NCBI RefSeq assembly: GCF_000195955.2
Contig: NC_000962.3
Span: 180,001-212,000 of the forward strand
DNA: 32,000 bases
Source: Mycobacterium tuberculosis H37Rv
GTDB taxonomy: Bacteria; Actinomycetota; Actinomycetes; Mycobacteriales; Mycobacteriaceae
Reading direction: 5' to 3'
Position 1 is the first letter of the stretch, and each line of letters begins with the position of its first letter. Below, in pieces: positions 1 through 8,885 of this stretch. Under the pieces are notes generated by a model, which saw nothing but the letters and a program-made list of their open reading frames with translations, was not told where the DNA came from and did no database searches. Both the position numbers and the translations under genes were made by a program.

Positions 1-1029
1 CGGATGATGTAGTAGTCGGTGACCCCCGTATAGCCCGGCGACGTCGGTAATTTAGTAGCGCCCTCGACCTGCGCGGGCGTGAGGTCCAAATACTTGGTGT
101 GTACGAATGTGATGCCTGCAACCGCGTTGAGGTCGGAAATGAAGTTGAGCGGGTATCGCGAGAAGTCGGCGAACCCGTCGTACTCGAGCGTGTAGATGGC
201 CGTCGGATAGATCGTGTCCGAGGGCGTTGCGCCATAGAACGTCAGGTCCAGAGTCGGAAGCGTCAGATCCGGGAACCGCGCGAGCATACCGCCATTGGGG
301 TTCATTTCATTGCCGACAAGCACGAAATTGAGGTCGCTCGCCGAAGGTGCGGCCCCGCCCATCGCCGTGAACCTCTGCATCTCCAGCGACGCGATTATGG
401 CGCTTTGCGACCAGCCGAAAACGGTGACCGCGTTTCCGGTGGTCGCGAGCTCTACCATGATCGCGTCGTGCAAGATGGTCAAGCCCTCTTCCACTGACGT
501 GTTGAGGACCAAACTTCTGACACCGGTGAGTGGGTACAACTCTTCGGGTGTGAAGACGGCTTGTAGCGCCCGCCGAACGGACCTACAGCGTATTGGCGGC
601 GTCAACATAGACGGCGGTGGTAGTGGAATTCCGGTGGGCCCAAAGAACAAGGTGGTCAAGTTCGCCGGGAATGGCGGAATCATCGCGGCCGCCGCGGGGG
701 TTGGTGCGGCGGCGGGCACAGCCAGCTGATTTTGCCGGGTGCTGGCGATGGCGGCCTCGGCATCTGCGTAGCTGTTCGCCGCGGCGGCCAACGTCTGGTG
801 GAACCTAACTGTGAAACGCCTCGACTTGAGCGAGCACGGCCTGGTATTCCTGGCCGTATGCGCCGAACGGTTTCGCGATGGCGGCCGACACCTCATCGCC
901 GGCCGCCGCGGCCAGTGCACACGTCGGGCCTGCCGCGGCCGCGCCGGCCGTACTCACGGCCGAACCGATTCCTGCCACCTCGGCGGCGGCCGCCGCTACG
1001 ATCCGCGGCTCAGCGATCAGATACGACAT
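1..1029 (-). pseudogene. PE2: PE-family protein with PE-PPE (alpha/beta hydrolase-like) domain, 5' portion only; reading frame broken, runs off the left edge. An annotated-type ORF begins at 896 in a different frame from the canonical PE start at 1029
   Basis: Minus-strand ATG at 1029 gives MSYLIAEPRIVAAAAAEVAGIGSAVSTAGAAAAGPTC...VEAFHS then a stop at 805-807. The next frame continues FHQTLAAAANSYADAEAA...FTPEELYPLTGV...VFGYSQSA...LPTSPGYTGVTDYYII to the edge. Homologous to PE3 and PE4 in this window. Confidence 0.8.
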
Positions 1030-1154
1030 CGTCTCACTCCCCTAGCACCAGGTGTCGGCCAACCGGGTCAACCCGGGGTTTTGGTCAGCCCAGAGCGGTC
1101 CCGCTGCCCTGGTGGTCGCTTACGCGAATCGGATTCGCGCGAAAGCGTTTCCCC

Positions 1155-1985
1155 TCATCCGAGCAGCACCCCGCGCATCCGGTTGACTGTGGCCTGGCTG
1201 ATACCGGCGTCGCGCAGGTAGCCGCCCAGCGATCCGTAGGTCTCGTCAATGGTCTGGCGTGCGGCGGCCAGGTACTCCGCGCGGACACCCAGGACCCCGT
1301 CGGACAGCCGGGCCTTGGTGAACGTCACCACCTCGGGTGCCAGTTCGGTGTCGAAACGCTGCTGGATCATCTCGGAGATCCGGGCCCGCAGTTGTGGCAC
1401 GGAGTCGTTGCTGCGCAGGTAGTCGGCGACGATGACGTCGCGGTCCAGGCCGACCGCTTCAAGCACCAGCGCGACCACGAAGCCGGTGCGATCCTTACCC
1501 GCGAAGCAGTGGGTGAGCACCGGGCGTCCGGCGGCAAGCAGTGTGACGACACGATGTAGCGCGCGCTGTGCTCCATTGCGCGTTGGGAATTGGCGATACT
1601 CGTCGGTCATGTAGCGGGTGGCCGCGTCATTTATCGACTGGCTGGATTCGCCGGACTCGCCGTTGGACCCGTCATTGGTTAGCAGCCTCTTGAATGCGGT
1701 TTCGTGCGGCGCTGAGTCGTCGGCGTCATCATCGGCGAGGTCGGGGAACGGCAGCAGGTGGACGTCGATGCCGTCCGGAACCCGTCCTGGACCGCGGCGG
1801 GCAACCTCCCGGGACGACCGCAGGTCGGCAACGTCGGTGATCCCCAGCCGGCGCAGCGTTGCCCGGCCGGCGTCGTCGAGGCGGCTCAGCTCGCTGGACC
1901 GGAACAGCCGCCCCGGCCGCAATGCGGTTGCGGTGTCGGCGACGTCACGAAAGTTCCACGCGCCCGGCAGTTCACGGACAGCCAT
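1155..1985 (-). CDS. ptbB: Tyrosine/phosphoinositide phosphatase PtbB-like, 276 aa
   Basis: ORF from ATG at 1985: MAVRELPGAWNFRDVADTATALRPG...; protein phosphatase P-loop HCFAGKDRTG (CX5R). Confidence 0.93.
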   Translation of the reverse strand: MAVRELPGAWNFRDVADTATALRPGRLFRSSELSRLDDAGRATLRRLGITDVADLRSSREVARRGPGRVPDGIDVHLLPFPDLADDDADDSAPHETAFKRLLTNDGSNGESGESSQSINDAATRYMTDEYRQFPTRNGAQRALHRVVTLLAAGRPVLTHCFAGKDRTGFVVALVLEAVGLDRDVIVADYLRSNDSVPQLRARISEMIQQRFDTELAPEVVTFTKARLSDGVLGVRAEYLAAARQTIDETYGSLGGYLRDAGISQATVNRMRGVLLG

Positions 1986-1986
1986 C

Positions 1987-3198
1987 TCAGGTGACCGCCG
2001 CAGCGAAGGTGGACTTCTCCCTCGACAGCTCGGCGCGGGCGATGGAGCGCAGGTGCACCTCGTCGGGACCGTCGAAGATGCGCATGGCGCGGTGCCAGCC
2101 GTACAACCGGGCCAGCGGGGTGTCGTCGCTGACGCCGGCGGCCCCGTGGACCTGGATTGCGCGGTCGATGACATCGCAGGCCACCCGCGGGGCCACCGCC
2201 TTGATCATGGCGACCAGGTGGCGCGCCTCTTTGTTGCCATGTTGGTCGATTGTCCACGCCGCCTTTTCGCACAGCAGCCTTGCCTGGTCGATTTCGTTGC
2301 GGGACTGAGCAATCGCCTGTTGCACGACGCCCTGTTCGGCTAGCGGACGGCCGAACGCCACCCGGTTGCGGACGCGATTCACCATGAGTGCCAAGGCGCG
2401 TTCGGCCGCGCCCAGCGCACGCATGCAGTGGTGGATACGGCCCGGCCCCAGCCGGGCCTGGGCTATGGCGAATCCGCTGCCCTCTTCGCCGAGCAGGTTG
2501 GTGGCCGGGACCCGGACGTTGTGGTAGTCGATCTCGCAGTGGCCGTGCCGGTCCTGCCAGCCGAACACCGGTGTGGAGCGAACGATCGTCACGCCGGGGG
2601 TGTCGATCGGGACGAGGACCATCGACTGCTGTTGGTGGGCGGCTGCGTCCGGGTTGGTGCGGCCCATCACGATGAGGATCTTGCACCGCGGGTCCGCCGC
2701 TCCCGACGTCCACCACTTACGGCCGTTGATGACGTAGTCGGCACCGTCCCGGGAGATGGTGGTTTCGATGTTGCGGGCGTCGCTGCTGGCCACCGCCGGC
2801 TCGGTCATCGAGAAGGCGCTGCGGATCTTGCCGTCGAGCAGCGGCCGCAGCCATTGCGCCCGTTGCTGCTCGGTGCCGAACATGTGCAGGATCTCCATGT
2901 TGCCGGTGTCCGGTGCGGCGCAGTTGAGTGCCTCGGGCGCGATTTCCATGCTCCATCCGGTCATTTCGGCCAGCGGCGCGTACTCCAGGTTGGTCAATCC
3001 CGACTCGGCCGACAGGAATAGGTTCCACAGGCCGCGGTCTTTGGCCTTGGTTTTCAGTTCCTCGATGATCGGCGGCGCGGTGTGGTCGGCCGGTCCGGCC
3101 GCGCGGCGATAGTCGTCGTAATCGGCCTCAGCGCCGAAGACGTGCTCGGTCATGAAGTCGGACAACCGCGTGCGGTAGTCGATGGCCTTGGCCGACAT
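1987..3198 (-). CDS. fadE2: Acyl-CoA dehydrogenase, 403 aa
   Basis: ORF from ATG at 3198 (MSAKAIDYRTRLSDFMTEHVF...); acyl-CoA dehydrogenase features such as FSMTEPAVASSDARNI, INGRKWWTSGA and IQVHGAAGVSDDTPLARLYGWHRAMRIFDGPDEVH. Confidence 0.93.
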   Translation of the reverse strand: MSAKAIDYRTRLSDFMTEHVFGAEADYDDYRRAAGPADHTAPPIIEELKTKAKDRGLWNLFLSAESGLTNLEYAPLAEMTGWSMEIAPEALNCAAPDTGNMEILHMFGTEQQRAQWLRPLLDGKIRSAFSMTEPAVASSDARNIETTISRDGADYVINGRKWWTSGAADPRCKILIVMGRTNPDAAAHQQQSMVLVPIDTPGVTIVRSTPVFGWQDRHGHCEIDYHNVRVPATNLLGEEGSGFAIAQARLGPGRIHHCMRALGAAERALALMVNRVRNRVAFGRPLAEQGVVQQAIAQSRNEIDQARLLCEKAAWTIDQHGNKEARHLVAMIKAVAPRVACDVIDRAIQVHGAAGVSDDTPLARLYGWHRAMRIFDGPDEVHLRSIARAELSREKSTFAAAVT

Positions 3199-3289
3199 CG
3201 CGAAGTCCATTCCGCCACGATATCTACCGGCGCTAGCAGACGCATAAGTCCCTCGACACGCCGACGAGAAGGGGGTTTTGCGTCTGCTC

Positions 3290-3561
3290 GCCGTCGTTTC
3301 GTGCCACCGTTCAACTGACCCGCAAGTGGCAGCGCGAGCTCGACTATTCGCTACGCAAGAGTTTGTGGAGCTTCCACGACAACCGCATTGCGATGCGGTT
3401 CCAGTACGAATCCCGTGACCGCAACGGCCAGTGGTATCGCAGCTACGGCACCGAACTGTGGCGAAGCCAGCATCAACGACGTGCCGATCGCCGAATCCGA
3501 GCGTCGCTACCTCGGTGCGCGCTCGGCATCCGAGTATGGCCAGGAAATACCGCTCTGGTAG
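3290..3561 (+). pseudogene. Degraded fragment of a DUF1348/NTF2-like (SnoaL-like) family gene
   Basis: Frame 1 encodes [49 protein letters not shown] second frame then encodes [32 protein letters not shown]-stop. These look like consecutive blocks of one family with an internal deletion and frameshift, and no intact 5' end. Confidence 0.72.
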
Positions 3562-3621
3562 CCCGGTAGGGTGTCTGAGCAAATCTATCGGCGTTCAGTA
3601 AGGAAAGTGGATGTACGCGCC

Positions 3622-4722
3622 ATGACAGATCCGCAGACGCAGAGCACCAGGGTCGGGGTGGTTGCCGAGTCGGGGCCCGACGAACGACGGGTCGCGCTGG
3701 TTCCCAAGGCGGTCGCGTCGCTGGTGAACCGTGGTGTGGCGGTCGTGGTCGAGGCCGGTGCGGGCGAGCGCGCGCTGCTTCCCGATGAGCTCTACACCGC
3801 TGTCGGTGCCAGCATCGGGGATGCTTGGGCCGCCGACGTCGTTGTCAAGGTCGCGCCGCCGACGGCGGCGGAGGTCGGCCGGTTGCGCGGTGGGCAGACA
3901 CTGATCGGCTTTCTAGCGCCCCGTAATGCTGACAACTCGATCGGCGCGCTGACCCAGGCCGGGGTGCAGGCGTTCGCGCTCGAGGCCATCCCGCGCATCT
4001 CGCGGGCGCAGGTGATGGACGCGCTGTCGTCGCAAGCCAACGTGTCTGGGTATAAGGCTGTGCTGCTCGCGGCCTCGGAATCGACCCGGTTCTTTCCGAT
4101 GCTGACGACGGCGGCCGGAACGGTGAAGCCGGCCACGGTGCTGGTGCTCGGCGTCGGCGTGGCCGGCCTGCAGGCGCTGGCGACGGCCAAACGGCTAGGC
4201 GCGCGCACCACGGGCTACGATGTGCGTCCCGAGGTGGCCGACCAGGTCCGATCGGTGGGCGCTCAATGGCTTGATTTGGGCATCTCAGCGTCCGGTGAGG
4301 GCGGTTACGCCCGCGAACTGACCGACGACGAGCGCGCCCAGCAGCAAAAGGCATTGGAAGAAGCGATCAGTGGCTTCGACGTGGTGATCACCACCGCGCT
4401 GGTGCCGGGCCGCCCGGCGCCAACGTTGGTGACCGCCGCTGCAGTGGAAGCGATGAAGCCTGGCAGCGTGGTGGTGGATCTCGCCGGCGAGACGGGCGGC
4501 AACTGCGAATTGACCGAGCCCGGCCGGACAGTCGTCAAGCACGACGTCACCATTGCCGCACCGCTGAACCTGCCGGCCACGATGCCCGAGCACGCCAGCG
4601 AGCTCTACAGCAAGAACATCACCGCGCTACTCGACTTGTTGATCAAAGACGGCAGGCTGGCCCCGGACTTCGACGACGAGGTGATTGCCCAGTCGTGTGT
4701 CACCCGCGGGAAGGACTCCTAG
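3622..4722 (+). CDS. pntAa: NAD(P) transhydrogenase subunit alpha part 1 (NAD-binding domain), 366 aa
   Basis: MTDPQTQSTRVGVVAESGPDERRVALVPKAV...VLVLGVGVAGLQALATAKRLGARTTGYDVRPEV. Confidence 0.94.
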   Translation: MTDPQTQSTRVGVVAESGPDERRVALVPKAVASLVNRGVAVVVEAGAGERALLPDELYTAVGASIGDAWAADVVVKVAPPTAAEVGRLRGGQTLIGFLAPRNADNSIGALTQAGVQAFALEAIPRISRAQVMDALSSQANVSGYKAVLLAASESTRFFPMLTTAAGTVKPATVLVLGVGVAGLQALATAKRLGARTTGYDVRPEVADQVRSVGAQWLDLGISASGEGGYARELTDDERAQQQKALEEAISGFDVVITTALVPGRPAPTLVTAAAVEAMKPGSVVVDLAGETGGNCELTEPGRTVVKHDVTIAAPLNLPATMPEHASELYSKNITALLDLLIKDGRLAPDFDDEVIAQSCVTRGKDS

Positions 4723-5055
4723 ATGTACAACGAATTGTTGGAGAACCTGGCGATCCTGGTGCTGTCCGGATTCGTCGGGTTCGCGGTGATCTCGAAAGTG
4801 CCCAACACGTTGCACACCCCGCTGATGTCAGGAACCAACGCCATCCACGGCATTGTCGTTCTCGGCGCGCTGGTGGTTTTCGGCGAAATTGAGCACCCAT
4901 CGCTCGTGTTGCAGGTCATCCTGTTCGTCGCGGTGGTGTTCGGCACGCTGAACGTCATCGGCGGATTCATCGTCACCGACCGAATGCTCGGCATGTTCAA
5001 GGCCAAGAAGCCCGCCGTGCCAGCCAAGCCCGACCGCGACGAGGCGCTCCGATGA
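4723..5055 (+). CDS. pntAb: NAD(P) transhydrogenase subunit alpha part 2 (membrane), 110 aa
   Basis: MYNELLENLAILVLSGFVGFAVISKVPNTLHTPLMSGTNAIHGIVVLGAL; immediately follows pntAa. Confidence 0.94.
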   Translation: MYNELLENLAILVLSGFVGFAVISKVPNTLHTPLMSGTNAIHGIVVLGALVVFGEIEHPSLVLQVILFVAVVFGTLNVIGGFIVTDRMLGMFKAKKPAVPAKPDRDEALR

Positions 5056-6479
5056 ACCTGCACTACCTGGTCGAGATTCTCTACATCATCTCCTTTTCAC
5101 TCTTCATCTACGGGTTGATGGGGCTCACCGGCCCCAAGACCGCGGTGCGCGGGAACCTGATCGCCGCGGCCGGCATGACCATCGCCGTGGCGGCCACGTT
5201 GGTCATGATCCGACACACCAGCCAATGGCCGCTGATCATCGCCGGTCTGGTGGTGGGTGTTGTGCTCGGTGTGCCGCCGGCGCGACTGACCAAGATGACC
5301 GCCATGCCGCAGCTGGTGGCATTCTTCAACGGCGTGGGCGGAGGAACGGTCGCACTCATCGCGCTGTCGGAGTTCATCGATACCACCGGCTTTTCCGCAT
5401 TCCAGCACGGCGAGTCGCCGACCGTGCACATCGTGGTGGCCTCATTGTTCGCCGCGATCATCGGGTCGATCTCGTTCTGGGGGTCTATCGTCGCGTTCGG
5501 CAAGTTGCAGGAGATCATCTCCGGGCGGCCGATCGGACTCGGCAAGGCGCAGCAGCCGATCAACCTGTTGCTGCTGGCCGTGGCCGTGGCCGCCGCCGTG
5601 GTGATCGGACTGCACGCGCATCCCGGGAGCGGTGGGGTCGCATTGTGGTGGATGATCGGCCTGTTGGTCGCCGCCGGCGTGCTGGGTCTGATGGTGGTGT
5701 TGCCGATCGGTGGCGCCGACATGCCGGTGGTCATCTCGATGCTCAACGCCATGACCGGCCTGTCGGCCGCGGCGGCGGGTCTGGCGTTGAACAACACCGC
5801 GATGATCGTGGCCGGCATGATCGTCGGCGCGTCCGGCTCGATCCTGACCAACCTGATGGCTAAGGCGATGAACCGCTCCATTCCGGCGATCGTCGCGGGC
5901 GGTTTCGGCGGCGGCGGTGTGGCGCCCAGTGGCGGCGGCGACGACAAACACGTCAAGGCCACTTCGGCCGCCGATGCCGCGATCCAGATGGCATACGCCA
6001 ATCAGGTGATCGTGGTGCCCGGCTACGGGTTGGCCGTCGCGCAGGCGCAGCATGCGGTGAAGGACCTGGCAACCTTGCTGGAGGACAGGGGTGTGCCGGT
6101 CAAGTACGCGATTCACCCGGTCGCCGGCCGGATGCCCGGGCATATGAACGTGCTGCTGGCCGAGGCCGAAGTCGACTACGACGCGATGAAGGACATGGAC
6201 GACATCAACGACGAGTTCGCCCGCACCGACGTCACCATCGTGATCGGCGCCAACGACGTCACCAACCCGGCGGCCCGCAACGAGACGTCCAGCCCGATCT
6301 ACGGCATGCCGATCCTCAACGTGGACAAGTCGAGGTCGGTGATCGTGCTCAAACGGTCGATGAATTCCGGGTTCGCCGGCATCGACAACCCGCTGTTCTA
6401 CGCCGACGGCACCACTATGTTGTTCGGTGATGCGAAGAAATCGGTGACCGAAGTCTCCGAGGAACTCAAGGCGTTGTAG
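5052..6479 (+). CDS. pntB: NAD(P) transhydrogenase subunit beta, 475 aa
   Basis: MNLHYLVEILYIISFSLFIYGLMGLTGPKTAVRGN...VVPGYGLAVAQAQHAVKDL...VIGANDVTNPAAR; 4-bp overlap with pntAb. Confidence 0.95.
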   Translation: MNLHYLVEILYIISFSLFIYGLMGLTGPKTAVRGNLIAAAGMTIAVAATLVMIRHTSQWPLIIAGLVVGVVLGVPPARLTKMTAMPQLVAFFNGVGGGTVALIALSEFIDTTGFSAFQHGESPTVHIVVASLFAAIIGSISFWGSIVAFGKLQEIISGRPIGLGKAQQPINLLLLAVAVAAAVVIGLHAHPGSGGVALWWMIGLLVAAGVLGLMVVLPIGGADMPVVISMLNAMTGLSAAAAGLALNNTAMIVAGMIVGASGSILTNLMAKAMNRSIPAIVAGGFGGGGVAPSGGGDDKHVKATSAADAAIQMAYANQVIVVPGYGLAVAQAQHAVKDLATLLEDRGVPVKYAIHPVAGRMPGHMNVLLAEAEVDYDAMKDMDDINDEFARTDVTIVIGANDVTNPAARNETSSPIYGMPILNVDKSRSVIVLKRSMNSGFAGIDNPLFYADGTTMLFGDAKKSVTEVSEELKAL

Positions 6480-6494
6480 CGCGCGAGCGCTGGC

Positions 6495-6623
6495 TCAGAC
6501 GGGCGGATACGCCGGCGGCGGGTATCCGTCGCCGGTTTCGACCCCGCGTAGACCCCAGGTGAGGTACCGGAAGAAGAACTCGATTTCGTCGCTCACGTCG
6601 TAGTCAGGACTCGGATCCATCAC
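6495..6623 (-). CDS. Small conserved hypothetical protein, about 42 aa (Rv0157A-type)
   Basis: Manual reading of the minus strand: (G/A)TG start at 6623/6620, (M)MDPSPDYDVSDEIEFFFRYLTWGLRGVETGDGYPPPAYPPV-stop at 6495. Tail-to-tail with pntB. Shorter than the ORF track cutoff. Confidence 0.6.
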   Translation of the reverse strand: MMDPSPDYDVSDEIEFFFRYLTWGLRGVETGDGYPPPAYPPV

Positions 6624-6680
6624 TTCACCCTCTCGACTCGCGACTTGGTTCGCAACGGAGTTTAGTCACATCCGCGCCGG

Positions 6681-6697
6681 TGCGACAGGTTGTCGCC
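6681..6697. promoter_or_regulatory. Candidate TetR-type operator upstream of the 6785 regulator
   Basis: Perfect inverted repeat GCGACA-GGT-TGTCGC at 6682-6696, nested within an outer AGTTTAG (6659-6665) ... CTAAACT (6705-6711) pair, directly upstream of a TetR gene. Confidence 0.4.
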
Positions 6698-6784
6698 GCC
6701 TTGCCTAAACTGAACAACCAGTTGATTGATACAGCTTCGGCCGGGGCCCATGGGCTCCACCGGCAGCGACGATAGCGAGTAGCG

Positions 6785-7429
6785 ATGCCATCCGACACCA
6801 GCCCCAACGGGCTAAGCCGCCGTGAGGAGTTGCTGGCTGTTGCCACCAAACTATTCGCGGCGCGCGGTTATCACGGCACCCGGATGGACGACGTCGCCGA
6901 TGTGATCGGGCTCAACAAAGCAACGGTCTATCACTACTACGCCAGCAAGTCGCTGATCCTGTTCGACATTTACCGTCAGGCGGCCGAGGGCACCCTGGCC
7001 GCCGTGCACGACGATCCGTCCTGGACGGCCCGTGAAGCGCTGTACCAGTACACGGTCCGGCTGCTCACTGCGATCGCGAGCAACCCCGAGCGGGCCGCCG
7101 TGTACTTCCAGGAGCAGCCCTACATCACCGAGTGGTTCACCAGCGAGCAGGTCGCCGAGGTCCGCGAGAAGGAGCAGCAAGTCTACGAGCACGTACACGG
7201 CCTGATCGACCGCGGGATTGCCAGCGGCGAGTTCTATGAGTGCGACTCGCATGTGGTGGCGCTGGGGTACATCGGGATGACGCTGGGCAGCTACCGCTGG
7301 CTGCGGCCGAGCGGGCGCCGAACGGCCAAGGAGATCGCGGCGGAGTTCAGCACGGCACTGCTGCGCGGGCTGATCCGCGACGAATCGATCCGCAACCAGT
7401 CTCCGCTTGGAACTCGGAAGGAAACGTGA
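6785..7429 (+). CDS. TetR-family transcriptional regulator, 214 aa (Rv0158-type)
   Basis: N-terminal HTH: RREELLAVATKLFAARGYHGTRMDDVADVIGLNKATVYHYYASKSLILFDI. Confidence 0.93.
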   Translation: MPSDTSPNGLSRREELLAVATKLFAARGYHGTRMDDVADVIGLNKATVYHYYASKSLILFDIYRQAAEGTLAAVHDDPSWTAREALYQYTVRLLTAIASNPERAAVYFQEQPYITEWFTSEQVAEVREKEQQVYEHVHGLIDRGIASGEFYECDSHVVALGYIGMTLGSYRWLRPSGRRTAKEIAAEFSTALLRGLIRDESIRNQSPLGTRKET

Positions 7430-7432
7430 ACC

Positions 7433-8839
7433 TCACGCGATCGGTGGAATCAATCTCGCTACGGACCCGAGGGCGCCACTGAGCACCGACAACTCCGTCA
7501 CACTGGATTGACCGAAGTTGAACATCAGGCCCGGATTCGCCGACGGAAGATACGGATACGTATTGGGTAGCGCGGACTGCGGTAACAATCCGATGCTTAC
7601 TAGGGCGGCTTGGGGGCCTTGCACGGTCCCGGTCGCCAGGGCCGAGGCCACGGCGATCGGGTTGATTGGCGCGAACAGGCTGGCCGGGGTGGGTACGTCG
7701 GCGTAGCCGTAGCCATAGCCCAAGTCGACTAGCACCCGTAGGTCGGGCTGAATCAGCTCGGCTATTGGGGTCCCTACGAAGGGGATGGCGCGAATCGGCT
7801 GCAACAGCGGCAGGTCCTGGGTCAGAAACATGTAGTAATGGGTGTTGCCGGTGTAGCCCGGAGACGTGGGCAACGGCACGGCATTGGCAACCTCGGCCGC
7901 GGTGAAGGGGTACGCGTTGTGCACCCATCTGATGCCCATGAAGGCGTTGAGGTCCGACAAGATATTGAGCGGGTACTGCGGGTTGTGGGCGTAGCCGTCG
8001 TATTGGCCGGTGTACATGTAGGTCTGGTAGGGGGAATCCGGTGGAGTCGCACCGTTGAACGACATATCCAAGAACGGGAGGTAAAGGCCCACGTAACGCT
8101 CGAGGACGCCGCCGTTGGGGTTATTGATATTACCGATCAACGTGAAAGCCAGCCGGCTTGGATCTGGGGCTTGGCCCGGTGGTAACGCCATAAGAGCGCG
8201 TATTTCATTGGTCGCTACCGCGGCGCTTTGCGAGTAGCCGAAAACGACGACGTCATGCCCATTTTGTAGTTCCGCGTTGATGCCGTTGTTCAGCAGCGTG
8301 ACACCCTGGGCGATGGATTGGTCCAGTGACAGGTTCCCGATAAACGGCCACCACTGCTCGGGCGTGTACTGGGCGACCGGGTTGTTGGGCCCGAAAATGG
8401 GCCGAATGTATGCGCTGTCAATGATCGCCAAGACGCGGTCACTAAGGATCGGTTCCCCGGTGCCGCCCATCATCAACGCGGTTAGCGGGTTGCCTGACAG
8501 CATCCCGACAGAACCGAGGGCGCCGCTGGACCCGGCGGTGCCCGACATAGCAGCGGTGTTGCTGGCTTCAGCCTGGGCATAGGCGGCCCCGGCGGCAGCC
8601 AGCGCCCGGGTGAACTCGCCATGGAACGCCGCAGCCTGCTTTAGGACCTCTTGACATTCGCGCGCGTATTCGCTGAACAGCGCTGCAGCGGCCGACGACA
8701 CCTCATCGGCGGCCGCGGCCAGCAGTCCGGTCGTTGGACCCGCAGCGGACGCGCTGGCCGCTCGTATCGCCGAACCGATCCCGTCCACGTCCGCGGCCGT
8801 CGTTGCCAACATCTCCGGGGCCGCGATGACGTAGGACAT
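7433..8839 (-). CDS. PE3: PE-family protein with C-terminal PE-PPE domain, 468 aa
   Basis: MSYVIAAPEMLATTAADVDGIGSAIRAASASAAGPTT...; VVFGYSQSAAVATNEI; TSPGYTGNTHYYMFLTQDLPLLQPIRAIPFVG. Confidence 0.93.
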   Translation of the reverse strand: MSYVIAAPEMLATTAADVDGIGSAIRAASASAAGPTTGLLAAAADEVSSAAAALFSEYARECQEVLKQAAAFHGEFTRALAAAGAAYAQAEASNTAAMSGTAGSSGALGSVGMLSGNPLTALMMGGTGEPILSDRVLAIIDSAYIRPIFGPNNPVAQYTPEQWWPFIGNLSLDQSIAQGVTLLNNGINAELQNGHDVVVFGYSQSAAVATNEIRALMALPPGQAPDPSRLAFTLIGNINNPNGGVLERYVGLYLPFLDMSFNGATPPDSPYQTYMYTGQYDGYAHNPQYPLNILSDLNAFMGIRWVHNAYPFTAAEVANAVPLPTSPGYTGNTHYYMFLTQDLPLLQPIRAIPFVGTPIAELIQPDLRVLVDLGYGYGYADVPTPASLFAPINPIAVASALATGTVQGPQAALVSIGLLPQSALPNTYPYLPSANPGLMFNFGQSSVTELSVLSGALGSVARLIPPIA

Positions 8840-8885
8840 CTGGTCTCCTGTTCGACGCTGGGGCCCTTAGAGCCTAGAGCGCGCC

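Noticed and set aside
1432-2308. Plus-strand ORFs over ptbB and fadE2
   Set aside because: The minus-strand reading contains complete phosphatase and acyl-CoA dehydrogenase motifs; the plus-strand frames do not resemble proteins.
3845-4354. Minus-strand ORFs opposite pntAa (139 and 169 aa)
   Set aside because: Antisense shadow frames of a clearly conserved transhydrogenase gene.
7425-7437. Palindrome CGTGA-ACC-TCACG at the TetR/PE3 junction
   Set aside because: Convergent genes ending in TGA only 3 bp apart readily generate this symmetry; no U-tract or longer stem supports a terminator.
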